DNA of 64,000 bases from Lama glama. Lineage: Eukaryota. The notes below the pieces were generated by a model. The model saw only the letters and a list, made by a program, of their open reading frames with translations, had not been told where the DNA came from and did not search any database. Numbering within the stretch: the first letter of the stretch is position 1; every line of letters begins with the position of its first letter. Location: the NCBI GenBank assembly GCA_028534125.1, contig CM052817.1:82586001-82650000 (forward strand). Reading direction: 5' to 3'. The translations under genes were made by a program, and so were the position numbers. This document shows positions 51,991-64,000 of the stretch, piece by piece.

Positions 51991-53189
51991 AACTTAAAAG
52001 ACATTCTGCTATATAATCATAGCACTATCACACATATCTAAGAAATTAACATCCATTAAATACCATCTAATATATAGCCACTATTTAAATTTCTGCAATT
52101 GTCCTGAAAATAACTTCTTGTTTCTTTCTTCTAAGTCTAGGATTTTTATCAAGGTTCAAGTATTGCATTTGGTTAGTATATCTCTGTTCTATTTTCAGCA
52201 CTGCTGATTCTCAATAAATTCCTCCCAACACTGATCCAAATTTTTTTTAAATTAAATATAAAAACTTTTCTCCAACATAAATAAATTTAAATGTGTTAAT
52301 CAGTTTCTTAGGTAAGTAATCACTTTGATAAAATGTAGGAGGAGACTAGAATATAGATTAGCAGTTCACCCATGTTAAGGGTAGGTTCCATTCAGACTCT
52401 AAACTTTGAGTAAAACTGGATGTTCATAAATGAACTACTAAAGATTTTAAACCAACCTAATGAACTGTCAAGCAAAACTAGTTCTATATTTTACCATAAA
52501 AAGGAGGCCTTCCAAACCACCAGGAAGGCCAGGATAAATCTGAAGTTCTCAGACTCTTCAGGTATCTGTGCTTGAATGTGTTGGCCAGGAGAGACCTGGA
52601 CCCCAGCTCCATGTCTTCAGCCCACAACTTGCCCCCACTGTCTTCTATCACTGTCCTTTTCTTATTCCTGGAGGGACTTCATGCTCATCAGTGTGAGCAT
52701 TCCAGCTGTTACTTTTACGCTCTAAACAGTCTCTATAAGAAGCCTCTCCTTGGCCATTCTTTGGGCCCAGAAGTGTGTACATGCCAGTATGTCCTCAGGA
52801 GGAGAGACTCAAAGAAAAGGCCCACATAGGAACTGGGAGCATGGGTCTGGGCCATTTAAGCAAGGCCTTCTAAGGTCCTGGGTACCTAGAACATGGTCCA
52901 GAAAGAAATCTGTGGGTTCTGGTTGGTCATGACTTATTTAAAGACTCCTCCTGGAGCAGGGCCTCTGTCGCCCTGGTTTATACTATGTATTAAATATAAT
53001 CATAATTTCTTACACTATTTGCTGACACTGTCCATTAATCCTAGCTAACATAAATAAGTGACTGGATACATGGATCATAATCATCATCATCTTTCTAACA
53101 ACTAAGTCTCCTTGGTAATCTCAATTCATTTATCTTGGAGAACTCAGTATCCTCCATTTTAACCATCACTGTATAGTGGGGGCTGTTTT

Positions 53190-53570
53190 TTGTTTTTGTT
53201 TTGTTTTGTTTTTTGCCACAGGCCTAAGGATGCACACATAATCATCCTGCCATAGGATTATGTGTGCTAAAGCGAGTAAGGAGAATAGATCTCCTTGTAG
53301 TAGAGAAACTTTAAGATATGAGATGGGCAGGAGCTATCTGGGAAGCCATTATTTTCAACCATTGCAACAAAAATCTAAGAAATGATGTCATGCAGAAGAA
53401 AGGAGGGAAGGGAGACAATAAGTTCCAAACAATGCCCCTGGTCCTTTTAGGACTGAGCCAAACCTCACCATGGTGCTTTCCTCCAAGGTTTAGGGACCTT
53501 ATTAAACGACCACTCTATGTTGTTCAGGACCCTAAATTAAATGGACATTATCCCCAAAAAAGTATGAGAA
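53190..53570 (+). mobile_element. Ancient MaLR (MLT1J/K/L-like) LTR remnant
   Basis: atgggcaggagctatctgggaagccattattttcaacca resembles an old MLT1 motif. Confidence 0.35.
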
Positions 53571-56500
53571 CTATAGAAATAGCCATCAGCTTATTAATAA
53601 GAAGATGTTCCTCTTCGTTTTATCTGAGAATATCATTTATTTTTGTACTAGTTCTAGAGCAGCTTGCTTCCTAATACTGTGACAGATTTTCAATCTGTAA
53701 CCTGTGAGTGCAGGGCATCCCTGTGAGTGCGATGGGCCATATGGTGCTTTTTTGTAGTCATATGGAAACCCAGCTGGGCCGCCTAAAGATTTATGATCAA
53801 TTATCTATGCTCAAAGGCCATAAACCCATTGAACAATGGCTCTTTCTGAGTTGCTACGTGAGGAAAATAACCAGCTATTGTAGAGTTCCTTTGTCAATAG
53901 AAGAAGTTATTAACTCAAATTACACAAGTTTATACTTCAAATGGGCTCTTTCGTTGATAATAAAATATTAAAGTGTTTTGAAAGAAGTTTTAGTCTTCAA
54001 ATAAACATATCCACAGACACAAACATACACACAGAACACACACTCAAACACATAAACACTATCAGACTTTCTGATATGATTTATGTAAACACTGCCCTAG
54101 GAGTTATATATGAAAATAATGGTTTTTAATTGTTTTCCTCCTGTATTTTCATTATTATTTTATTCTAAGTGGGACCAGCCTGGAGAATATTTTATGAATT
54201 GAATTCTCATTTGTGAGTCTTGTTATCATCTAATTGTGTATTGTCCTTTCTAATTTGGTGGCTGACAGCTTTGGGGAAAATACTGTGTTCTCTTCAGGAT
54301 CTCCTTAACGTAAAGATTAGCTTATTGGTAATTTTTTCACAGGTTTACCATGCTTCCTGGCATGTGTACATGTCTTATTTTCACACTGTTCCAGGAGGAG
54401 TTTGAGAAAGAATCTCTATAAACTACTTTTACTAGTTTGAGTAAAAGTTATATTTATTAGTGCTTCATTTCCAATATTAGTATTCTGAAGAAAGCTGTCG
54501 CTTTATAAGAATGGAAAATAGTAACTTCTAACTCTGTTGCCCAGAAGGGACGCATGTAGAATGATGGAAAAACTTAAAACTAGACTGAGGCAGCATCAGA
54601 AATAGGGCCATTAATTTTCTAATCTTCTAATTTCTTTAGGATAAAAATCTGAGATTAACCAAAAATCTGTAGTTGTTAGGTTGCATCAAACGTCACATGT
54701 GAATTATTTACCTCCAGAGGTTCCATGTTAGAATGAACTCTGTGGTATAAACTATAATCAAGTATCTGATATTTTTATCACTATGAAATTATGACACACA
54801 GTCATTTAAGTTTATTGACATGCTAATATCCTGCATAAAACCCAACTGATTGTTTTTTCTTGTAAATATAGCTTTGCTTGTTTTATTTTTATAAGGAATC
54901 TCTAAAAGGATCCGTAACTATGATTAACTGAAAAGCTCAAATGAATCATAATATGGACAGAATTTTTTTGACAAAATCTTGAACAGTTAATTATTCCTGC
55001 CCTGCCCACTTCAACAAAAAGATCAGACTACTGCTTCAATACTACTAGAGAAAATGAAAATCTATTTTATAAGTAATTTAAAAATCTATTTTTGTCAAAA
55101 CAAAAATCAATAAATTTTGAATTTTGATACTTTTTTTAATTAATTGAAGTTTTTGATGATATATTGCCAATCAACATATTCTGAGCTTATAAATTACACA
55201 TAACTTTTTTCTAGACTATCATTAATATCCAAAAATTCATTCAAATACAGTCAAAACAAATATTATTTTCACTAAATTAGTTTTTAAAATTACTAAAATC
55301 AATACAAGAGTAGTTGTTTGTTTTCTACAAGTGTCAACAAGAGTGGGCAAATGTTTAAAAAAAGGGCACAGATGTTAAATGTTAATATTAATGTTAATAT
55401 GTTATCAAGCTTATAAAGATATTAGAAAATTCAGTGATTTTTTCTATAGATAGTTACTTAACTTAATGAGTTTTCCAGTGTCTTTCATCTTAACATAAGG
55501 AAAACATTTGTTGCTAAAATCTTGAATGGGACATAGATTTGACTCAGAAACAAAAAATTGACATAAAATTCCAGAGCCTTCTCCACTGCACTATGATTTA
55601 TTTGTCCTCGTATTGTTTGTGGACTGTTATATTGGGGGAGATCGTTAAGCCAGGAAGAAAAGAAAAATGTGAATGGGTGATTTCCAGGAAATTATTGATA
55701 GAACTACTAATCTGTAAGGACATGTATGACCTTTATCAAATCCCGGGCTTTCCTAAATGCATCTGTTACTATCAAAAGAACTTCTTAGCTATAGAAAGTC
55801 TGTACTATGTGGAATCATAATGGTTGTATTCTTCCCAGAAACATAGTCAGTGTGACAAAACAGATTTAGGGAGTAAATAGTAAAGTTGTCCTTTAGACAA
55901 AATTTATCATAATACACCTATATGTATACAATAATGCAAGTAAGAATCACAAATGTTGTTTAAAGTCTGTAAAATATTTTGAAAGTAATTATTAATTATT
56001 TATGCCTTGCTTAATTAGAAAATACAATTTCTGTTTGCTTTTAGATTTTCAGATTACTAAAACTGTTTTGTGTATGCTTGTAAGCTTTACCTTGGACAAG
56101 CTTTAGTGTTTATTCTATTTGCTATTTAGTCCTTGGCTTTCACTGCCACTGCTAAATCAATCAAACAACTTAAAAATGAATTCTGACTTTGAGACATAGC
56201 AGTGTTGTAAAAACAAGGCCTCAAATTACAATGACTAAGGATGTACCTTTTTAAATCTCCAAAATATAATGAGGAGAGAGGAAAATGATATCCAAAGCTT
56301 CCATCTATTTGCACTCCTTCAGTAAAAATCAGAATAATGAGCTCCCTGTAGTCATTAAAAACATGAGATGTGATTTAATTGTTTTGGGGGCTCCCAACCC
56401 GATGCTTATCCTAGAACTATAGCTCAGACAAAGCATATTTATCATGTACCATAACAAGTGAACCTATGAAATCTGTAGAGTAAGATGATATAAATCACCA

Positions 56501-57019
56501 GGCAATAAATAGTCACTGGACCTCTGGACTTTTAGAATTCCCACTTCTTCAGTGAAGCAATATGAACTCTATAAGAATGGTAGAAGAAAAATTTAACGAT
56601 CTAGAAGAGAGATGACAAACTGGTGGATTAAGGGACTAAATATTCACTGGACTTACGGGGTTTAAAAAATTCTAATTTATTTAATGAAGCAAATAAATTC
56701 TTTATATGGTTGAAATATATATAAGGATAATCTATCAAAGAGGTTGCACACTCCTGGCCTGAGGGATTTAAAAATGTGTTGCATTTGCACTGAATTGAGT
56801 AGACAGGCAGTGTTGATTCCAATTTTACCTTTGTTGGCAACACTGAAAATCTTTAGTTTTCCTATAAAAATTCATTTTCTAATTTATGTGAAAATTGAAA
56901 GAATCTGGTAGCATGGTACCTCATTATCACAGTGATAAGTTATTAAATCTGTGGAGCAGCTGCATCTTAGACAGAGTGCATTTACCTTTTATTGTGAATT
57001 GCGCCTCTCGTTCTGAGTC

Positions 57020-57292
57020 ATGAAGGCTAAATTTCACAAGGAACTGCCTTAAAGCCTTCCCTGACTACCCACCCATGCAGTTTATTCCCTATTCTGCTTC
57101 TCTGCACTATATTTAAGGCAATTATCACTGTGGGAAATAGTCTTCTTTGTTTACTTGTTAATGATTAGTCAAACTGTTATGGAACATAAATATCCAAGTG
57201 CAGGGATATTGGCTGTGTAACTTAGCATGTTCCCCAGGACCTAGAATAAAGCCTGGTGTACAGAGGAGTCTAAATAATAATTATTAAATGAA
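57020..57292 (+). mobile_element. L2 3' end
   Basis: aagccttccctgactaccc...tccccaggacctagaataaagcctggtgtacagaggag...ttaaatgaa. Confidence 0.75.
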
Positions 57293-57929
57293 CGCCATGT
57301 GGCTGTCAGTTGTTTATTTGCATAATGTTTCTGTTGTTTTGCTCAGGTTAAATAAAAAACGTCAAATATTCCTTGTGGCTAAAACTCCAACACAGGTAAG
57401 AGATACAAAATTAACCAAGGGTTCCATATATTTACTTATACTTGACTTGCTTCACATTTTCTTATCTTCTTTTTTGGAATTTTTTAAAGGACTACTTCTG
57501 CTCAGAGTGAACAATTATACCACTGCCCTTAATCAAGTCATCTTCCTACTTCATGTTGATTTGGAAAATTGTTTATATCAATTGATTGTTTATATCAATC
57601 TTTATAAACAACTGTCTGTTCAATTGATTTTCACATCCTTTAAACAGTACTATTTAAAAATCATTGCAGCTTTATCTTATACTGGTTCACAGTCATTATT
57701 CTTATGGAGAACATTTTTTTTTTAATAGTGCCACCTATTTACCTTGTTAATTTTCTCAAGTGAACTCAAAAACGACTACCAGAATTCCAACACATTTATC
57801 AGAAACAACTTGTTCTATTCACAATAGTATTTCTAATTTTTCACATTATTATATTAATTTCATCAATAGATAATATACTGATTTGATGAATGTTATTAAT
57901 TTTGTTTCATGTATTTGTTGACAAATATT

Positions 57930-59140
57930 TTTAATAGATTTAATTCCTTTGTCTGAAGGCTCCATAGAAAGCCTAGAAAAGGGCTGTCTGGTAACACTCC
58001 ACCCAAGAAATACCAATGGAAACTACCTCCTCCATGACTTCAGTGATGCGGGAACAGGAAGGACTGATCTTCCATCTCCCTCCTTGCAGAAACAGAGTGA
58101 TATCACCCGAGTCTAGTGGTGAGGTAAGCCTCTACCTACGATGCAGCAAAGTGTGTAACAATACAGTATGGAGTGGGGCTAGTCATCACCACGTTTCGCC
58201 ACCCTACTCCCACCCCAAGTGTTAACAGGGCCTAGGCACAAGTAGAGCCTCCACCCCACCCTGCACTAATAAAAATAAGTGAGACACTGTGAATTGAGGA
58301 ACACTCTACTTTCTCACTAACTTGTTGTTAGCAGGACCCAGCTGGAGACCAGAACTTTGACATGCCCCCACCAGTAATGAGACTAAATGAGGTGGTGGGA
58401 AGCAGGGTCAGCTGGTACTCCAATTCCTTCTACTGACTCCAGCATCTACAGGTGCCAACAGAGATTTATAAATAAATCAACATAGCATTCTACAAAAAAA
58501 TGTCGAGCATCCCCCCAAATAAGAAAATATGAGACATGAATAAAACAAATAGAAAACAAATAATAAAATGAAAAGATTAAAGCCATAAAATATCAATAAT
58601 TGTCTTAAATGTAAATGGTCAAAATACATCAGATGAAAGAGAGGTTGGCAGAATGAATTTAAACAACTAGACCCAATTGTATGCAGCTTGCAAGAAATTC
58701 ACCACAGATTCAACGACAAAGGTAAAATGTAAGTTAAAATATCAGGAAAGATATATCATGCAAACATTATTTTTAAAAGCAGGAATGGATATGATATATC
58801 CAATAAAACAGACCTCAAAGATAATTCTTAGATAAAGAGGAATATTATATAATGATATTAGAATCCTTCTACCAAAAAGACATAATGAACGTTAATGATA
58901 ATGAATGTTAATGCCCAAAACAACAAAACTTAAAAATATTATGGAGCAAAAACTTACAAGGCAGGAGGGAGAAATAAACAAATACATGATTGTATTTGGT
59001 GATTTTAACACTCAGTCAGCAACTGATACAACTACTAGGCAGAAAATCAACAAAGATGTAGAAAACTCAACAGCACAGTCAACCAACACAAACTAATTGA
59101 CATAGATAAGTATCTAGCAACAGAATGCAATGTTTTTTTC
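57930..59140 (+). mobile_element. Old L1M 5'-region-like sequence plus ORF2 endonuclease N-terminal part
   Basis: atatcaataattgtcttaaatgtaaatggtc (ITLNVNG). ORF 58905-59096 reads KLTRQEGEINKYMIVFGDFNT...TTRQKINKDVE (endonuclease GDFNT motif). The 5' assignment for 57930-58480 is less sure. Confidence 0.8.
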
Positions 59141-60790
59141 ACTATTTGTATCCCATTTTGGGTCTCCCCATGCCCCCTACTCCCATTCATACATACATCA
59201 TAGTTGATATTAATTGATAATTTTTTGGCATATGAGCATTACTACAATTCTAAGAATCAAGGCTATCCAAAAGTATGTTCAGAGAAGTATTACCACCTAT
59301 CTCATCCATACTATGCCATTTCCCTTCTCCCATTCTTTCCAACTTATTCCCATCTACTCCTCACAGGTAACAATTTCATTAGTTCCTGGGTTATCTTTCC
59401 TGTATTTCTTCTGCACAGAAGCATGTATATTTTCTTATATACTTCTTTATTACAGGAAGGATAGCATACTATATGCATTCTTTTGTACTTGGCTTCTTTT
59501 TTGGTTGGCAATACATCCTGGAGACTACTTATAGAAATCTTCCCCTTGTTTTGTATAGCAGCATAATATTTAGTTGTGTGGATGTGACATAGTTTATCCA
59601 GCTAGTCTCCCATATTGGGGCATCTAGGTTGTCCAGTATTTTGCAGTTGTGAACAATGCAATGAATAACTGCATGAGTATGTATGTATAGATATAGATAA
59701 AGATGTAGGTATAGATATTATTGTTGAAGGTGTTATCTTCAAGGTACATTTCTAGAAGTGGGATTGCTGGTTCAGAAGATAAGTACATATGTAGTTACTG
59801 TAAGGCATTGCCAAATTTTCTTCATGAAGAGTTTTACTAACTACAATGAGGTATCACCTCTTACCAGTCAGAATGGCCATCATTCAGAAGTCCACAAATG
59901 ACAAATGCTGGAGAGGCTGTGGAGAAAGGGGAACCCTCCTACACTGTTGGTGGGAATGTAATTTGGTGTAGCCATTATGGAAAACAGTATGGAGATTCCT
60001 CAAAAGACTAAAAATAGACTTACTATATGACCCAGTAATCCCACTCCTGGACCTATAACCAGAGAGAACCTTAATTCAAAAAGATACATGCACCCCGATG
60101 TTCATAGCAGCATTATTTACAATAGCCAATACATGGAACCAACCTAAATGTCCAATGACAGATGACTAGATAAAGAAGCTGTGGTATATTTATACAATGG
60201 AATACTACTCAGCCATAAAAAATAATAAAATAATAACATTTGCAGCAACATGGATGGACCTGTAGATTGTCATTCTAAGTGAAGTAAACCAGAAAGAGAA
60301 AGAAAAATACCATATGATATCACTTATATGTGGAATCTAAAAAAATAAAAAGACAAACAAACTTATTTACAAAACAGAAATACTCACAGACAGAAAACAA
60401 ACTTATGGTTACCAGTCGGTAAAGTGGCTGGGAAGGGATAAACTGGGGGCTCAAGATTTGCAGATACTAACTAATAAATATGTAAGATAAACAAGTTCAT
60501 ATTGCACAGCACAGGGAACTAGATTCAATATCTTATAGTTACTTGTGAAAAAGAATATGAAAACAAATACATGTATGTTCAGGTATGACTGAAACATTAT
60601 GCTGTACACCAGAAACTAATACAACTGACTATACTACAATAAAACATATACTAAGAAAAAGAGTTTTACTAATTTGCATCCCCCCCGAGCATGTGTGAGT
60701 CTGCCTTTACCCCACAGTCTTGCAACAGAAAGCGTGGTCATAATTTTTAGTTTTTGTCAGTCTGACAGCTGAGCAATGATACCTCCCCGA
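59140..60790 (-). mobile_element. Old L1M 3' fragment, interrupted by a young L1
   Basis: ggtaacaatttcattagtt...; tttctagaagtgggattgctgg...ttgccaaatt; resumes atttgcatcc...ccccacagtcttgc. Confidence 0.7.
59841..60658 (+). mobile_element. Young camelid-type L1, 5'-truncated, exact 14-bp TSD
   Basis: ctacaatgaggtatcacc...tgctggagaggctgtggagaaaggggaaccctcc...gctgtacaccagaaac. TSD aagagttttactaa at 59827-59840 and 60659-60672. Confidence 0.96.
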
Positions 60791-61049
60791 ACTCTGACTT
60801 CCATCTCCTCAACCCAGCAAGATTGCCAAGTGAGTTCTGTTTGGCTACATCCTTCCTGCACTGTGGCCTGGAAACTGCCTCCCTTCAGAAGCTGACCCTA
60901 TCATAAGGCTCACCTCATTTCTTTCACTTTTCTCAGGGATGATAGTCCTGACTTCTATTACCCAATGCCTAAAAAACTTTATTTGTCTATATTTCTAGTT
61001 GTTTAAAGCAAGAGCATAAATTCAGTCCCATTATTCCATCAACAGTGGT

Positions 61050-62370
61050 AGTGGAAGTTGGTCCACGATTCATCTGATAAGATTTCTAGATAAAGAGACA
61101 AAATTATCAAAGATTATCAAAGCAATAGAAAAAAATTCTAGAATTGAATAGATGCTCTCTTTTACATTCAAAAGGCTCCAAGAATAATAAACAGAACGAA
61201 TGCAACTAAATCCACCTTGTGAAAATTCTTAACTCTAAAAATGTTTTTTTTTTAAAATGGAAAACTTTTATAAAGGAAGAATAAAGAAAAGAGAAAGGAA
61301 ATCTTTCTCTACAAAAGAAAGAGAAGCTGAGTAGTAAGAGACTTCTCATTGACAGAATGATAAAAGACAATAGACCAAATTTTCAGAGGCCTGAAAGAAT
61401 TTGATTTGAATCTAAAATTCTATAATCGGGGAAATTAGAGTAAGTGATAATAAAATTTTAAGAGAATACTATTAACAACAGGAACAAATCTGAAAATAAA
61501 GATGAAATGGATGATTTTCTTGGAAAATACAGATTATAAAAATTGACTCAAGAAGATACAGAAAAATCAAATAGACCTATATTCATAGAAGAAATTGAAA
61601 ATTAATTTCAATATATACCTATTAAAAGGCACCAGGCTCAGAAGTCCTGATAGCAGAGTTTTACTGAACTTCAAGGAACAGACAAAAAAATATGAAAAAT
61701 TTCCTAATTCATTCCAAGAGGCTACCAGACCCTGTTAGTAAAGCCAGACAAGCATATCAGACCAGTGAAGGTCTAATCAGGAGGAAGAAACCCTTCCACT
61801 TATTAAAAAAATAATAAAATAATGCAAAGAACTGAAACTAGATGTAAAGTGGTTACCCGAGTAACTGAAAGGATAGGATGGGAAGTCAGAATTGAGCAGC
61901 TGCAGAGAGCAGTTTACACCTTAGGATATGAAAGAATAAAGGAAGTAAGCTGAAAGTATTAAAACACAGAAGTATGGAGGAAGGTCCCTATGAACTAAAT
62001 CTGAAGAGAGGCTATGGCCTTACCTGTGCTGCTATCTCTGAGTGGTGGGGAGCTGAGAGAGCACAAAAAGCACACATATAAAGCAAAATTTATGCCCATC
62101 CCATTTATAAATGAATGAAAAATTATAAATAAAACATCAGCATGCTAAATCTAGCAATGTAGAAAAAATTAAATATCACAACAAAGAGTTTTTCCCAGGA
62201 ATACAAGGATGCTTCCGCATTCAGAAACCTATTTATTAAGAGATGAGAACAGACAAATCCTGAAAAAGCATTTGATGAAAGCCAATGCTTGTCCCTGATA
62301 AAAATCTCTTAGCACTAGAGTTAGAAAAAAAATTGTATGTAATAGTAATACATCAGAAAAATTCCTAACG
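61050..62370 (+). mobile_element. Highly degraded old L1 ORF1/ORF2 pieces with a probable LTR-like insert at about 61760-62050
   Basis: gatgaaatggatgattttcttggaaaatac...aaattgactcaagaaga; gcaccaggctcaga; cccaggaatacaaggatg...aaaaagcatttgat (RT-region motifs). Confidence 0.65.
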
Positions 62371-62374
62371 AAGT

Positions 62375-63140
62375 CAGAAAAAAAGCACATTCTTTTTTAG
62401 CACTGATTGTATATTCACCATGATAGTCCACATCCTGGGCCAAAAAAAACTCAGAAAATTTAAAATAAGTGAAATCATACAGAGTGTGTTATCTAACATA
62501 CCAGAATCAACTAAAATCAGTAATTGAAAGACAACAGAAAAATCTCTGTATAAGTGACAATTAAGCAATATACTTCTAAAAATATCCATGAGACAAAGAG
62601 TAAGTCTAAAAGAAAATTTTAAATATTTAGAATCACAGGACTGACTAAAAATTAAATACAAAATATCAAAGTATGTGGGACATAGATAAAGCAGTGCTAA
62701 AAAGGAAACTTACTGCACTAAAGGCTTACATTAAAAAAGAAGAAAGAATCAAATTGAAAATTTAAGTTATTACCTCAAGAACTGAGGAAAAAAAGTAAAA
62801 TACACCCAAACCCAGCAGAAGGAGGGAAACAATAAATATGAAAAGAGAAATCAATGAATTTGAAAACAGTAGAAAAAAGTCATTGAAAAAAGCTGACTCT
62901 TTGAGAAAATAAACCTGATAAACCTCTAGTAAGACTAACAATAATAAAAAGAGAGAAGACTACTAAAATTTAATCAAGATGACAGCAGAAATCGAAATCC
63001 CGTGAAGTTAAAGAAATTATCTACATTATTAAGAGGATTCCAAAAATAAATCTTCAAGTCCCTATGGTTTTACTGAAGAATATTACAAAATAATCAAAGA
63101 ATAATTAACACCAATTTTATACAATATATTTCAGAAAAAA
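62375..63140 (+). mobile_element. Old L1M ORF2, endonuclease C-terminal part onward
   Basis: cacattctttt...attcaccatgatagtccacatcctgggcc (TFF..GTFTKIDHILGH-like); tatcaaagtatgtgggac...aaagcagtgcta; tgataaacctctag; aattaacaccaattttatacaa. Confidence 0.85.
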
Positions 63141-63872
63141 ATAGGTAATACCTGATTGTTCTAACTTCTTTCCCAAAGCAGCCTGATGAAAATGATGCCA
63201 CTGTTCAGAGATTAGGATGCATAAGTCACAACTCTCTCAAGTGTGTATGGGAGCGTGTATGGTGTGTTCCCCCCAATAGTGCTTCCCGTACTCTATTACC
63301 ACAAACCTGGAGATTGAGCATGTATCCTCCAGGCTCCGCACTGCTACTTGCATATGTAAAGTCTCCAAATGTCTGGATAGATCACTTCCTTTACATTTAT
63401 TGAAGATTTTAACATCTGAATTCACCACCTCTTCTTATAGATTTATGATTTCAGTATCAACATATCAGATCCTTTTAGAACCCTAGTCTTCTATTATCTT
63501 GACTTCTTTTCCTTATGCCATCTCAGCTACTCATTTACATGATGAAATAGGTAAACCTGTTACTTCTAATGAGTGCACCTCCACCATCATCTCTATTTAA
63601 CCTCCACTCTCTGTACCACAGCCATATTCTCCCTCTAATATTCCAATTATAATAAATATTCAAATATAAGACCTATAATTTATTTAATGTTTTAATTTAT
63701 TAAATATTTTAATTTGTCATCTTCTATATTGAACTTACTTTTTTTTTTAAATTAAATTTTAGAAGTTTTTTCTGGCATCCACCTTTGATCATGGTGTGAT
63801 AGAGACAGCACCTATTGCCTCCCGAGAACCATCCCTTCCTGCCACGTTTATAGTAGTATCGAACTGATAGTT

Positions 63873-63923
63873 TACACCAGAAATTGACACACTGTAACTG
63901 ACTATACTTCAATTTAAAGAAAA
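63873..63923 (+). mobile_element. Minimal camelid-type L1 3' terminus
   Basis: tacaccagaaattgacacactgtaactgactatacttcaatttaaagaaaa. Confidence 0.88.
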
Positions 63924-64000
63924 CTGAGCTTAAATATTTATACCACATAGTCTGTAAACATTTTCTAGCACACAACTGCCTTCAAATCCCTTATGCTTGC

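Noticed and set aside
57288..57725. Longest ORF in the track (145 aa)
   Set aside because: Composition is typical of AT-rich non-coding DNA, it starts at the end of an L2, spans a slippage duplication, and has no recognisable domain.
63772..63860. Faint similarity of the minus strand to the U1 snRNA 5' end (tggcagg, ccatgatca..aaggtgg)
   Set aside because: The matches are short and separated by about 40 unrelated bases, with no rest of U1; judged coincidental.
1..64000. CRISPR array, operon-like system, tRNA/rRNA, numt or non-retroviral endogenous virus
   Set aside because: I found no regularly spaced repeats, long ORFs or recognisable structural-RNA, mitochondrial or viral sequence by eye. 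The recurring motifs are dispersed L1 3' ends. Highly diverged elements cannot be excluded without a search.

Overview
This is AT-rich mammalian intergenic or deep-intronic DNA with no supportable protein-coding gene, RNA gene, CRISPR array or novel multi-gene system. A large share of the window is transposable-element debris, in layers. The ancient layer holds MIR and L2, Tigger and hAT DNA transposons, an ERV-L gag relic, MaLR elements (one a two-LTR MLT1A-type provirus retaining a 107-aa piece of the MaLR internal ORF) and old L1M pieces. Two ERV solo LTRs keep clean 4-bp target-site duplications (TSDs). About 13 younger cetartiodactyl-type, 5'-truncated L1 insertions lie on top, several with clear TSDs. 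The L1 3'-end type, and the absence of any ruminant, pig, carnivore or primate SINE I could recognise, suggest a camelid (inference). Every ORF in the track that I can assign is TE-derived; the rest look like chance ORFs. The most interesting observations are mechanistic retrotransposition structures: twin-priming inversions, a probable 3' transduction, a non-canonical L1 insertion, and an L1 split by about 3.2 kb of apparently older DNA. A few candidate enhancers and non-coding exons lie in unique sequence. Repeat family names come from my recall of consensus sequences and boundaries are approximate unless TSDs are given; RepeatMasker/Dfam should confirm them.
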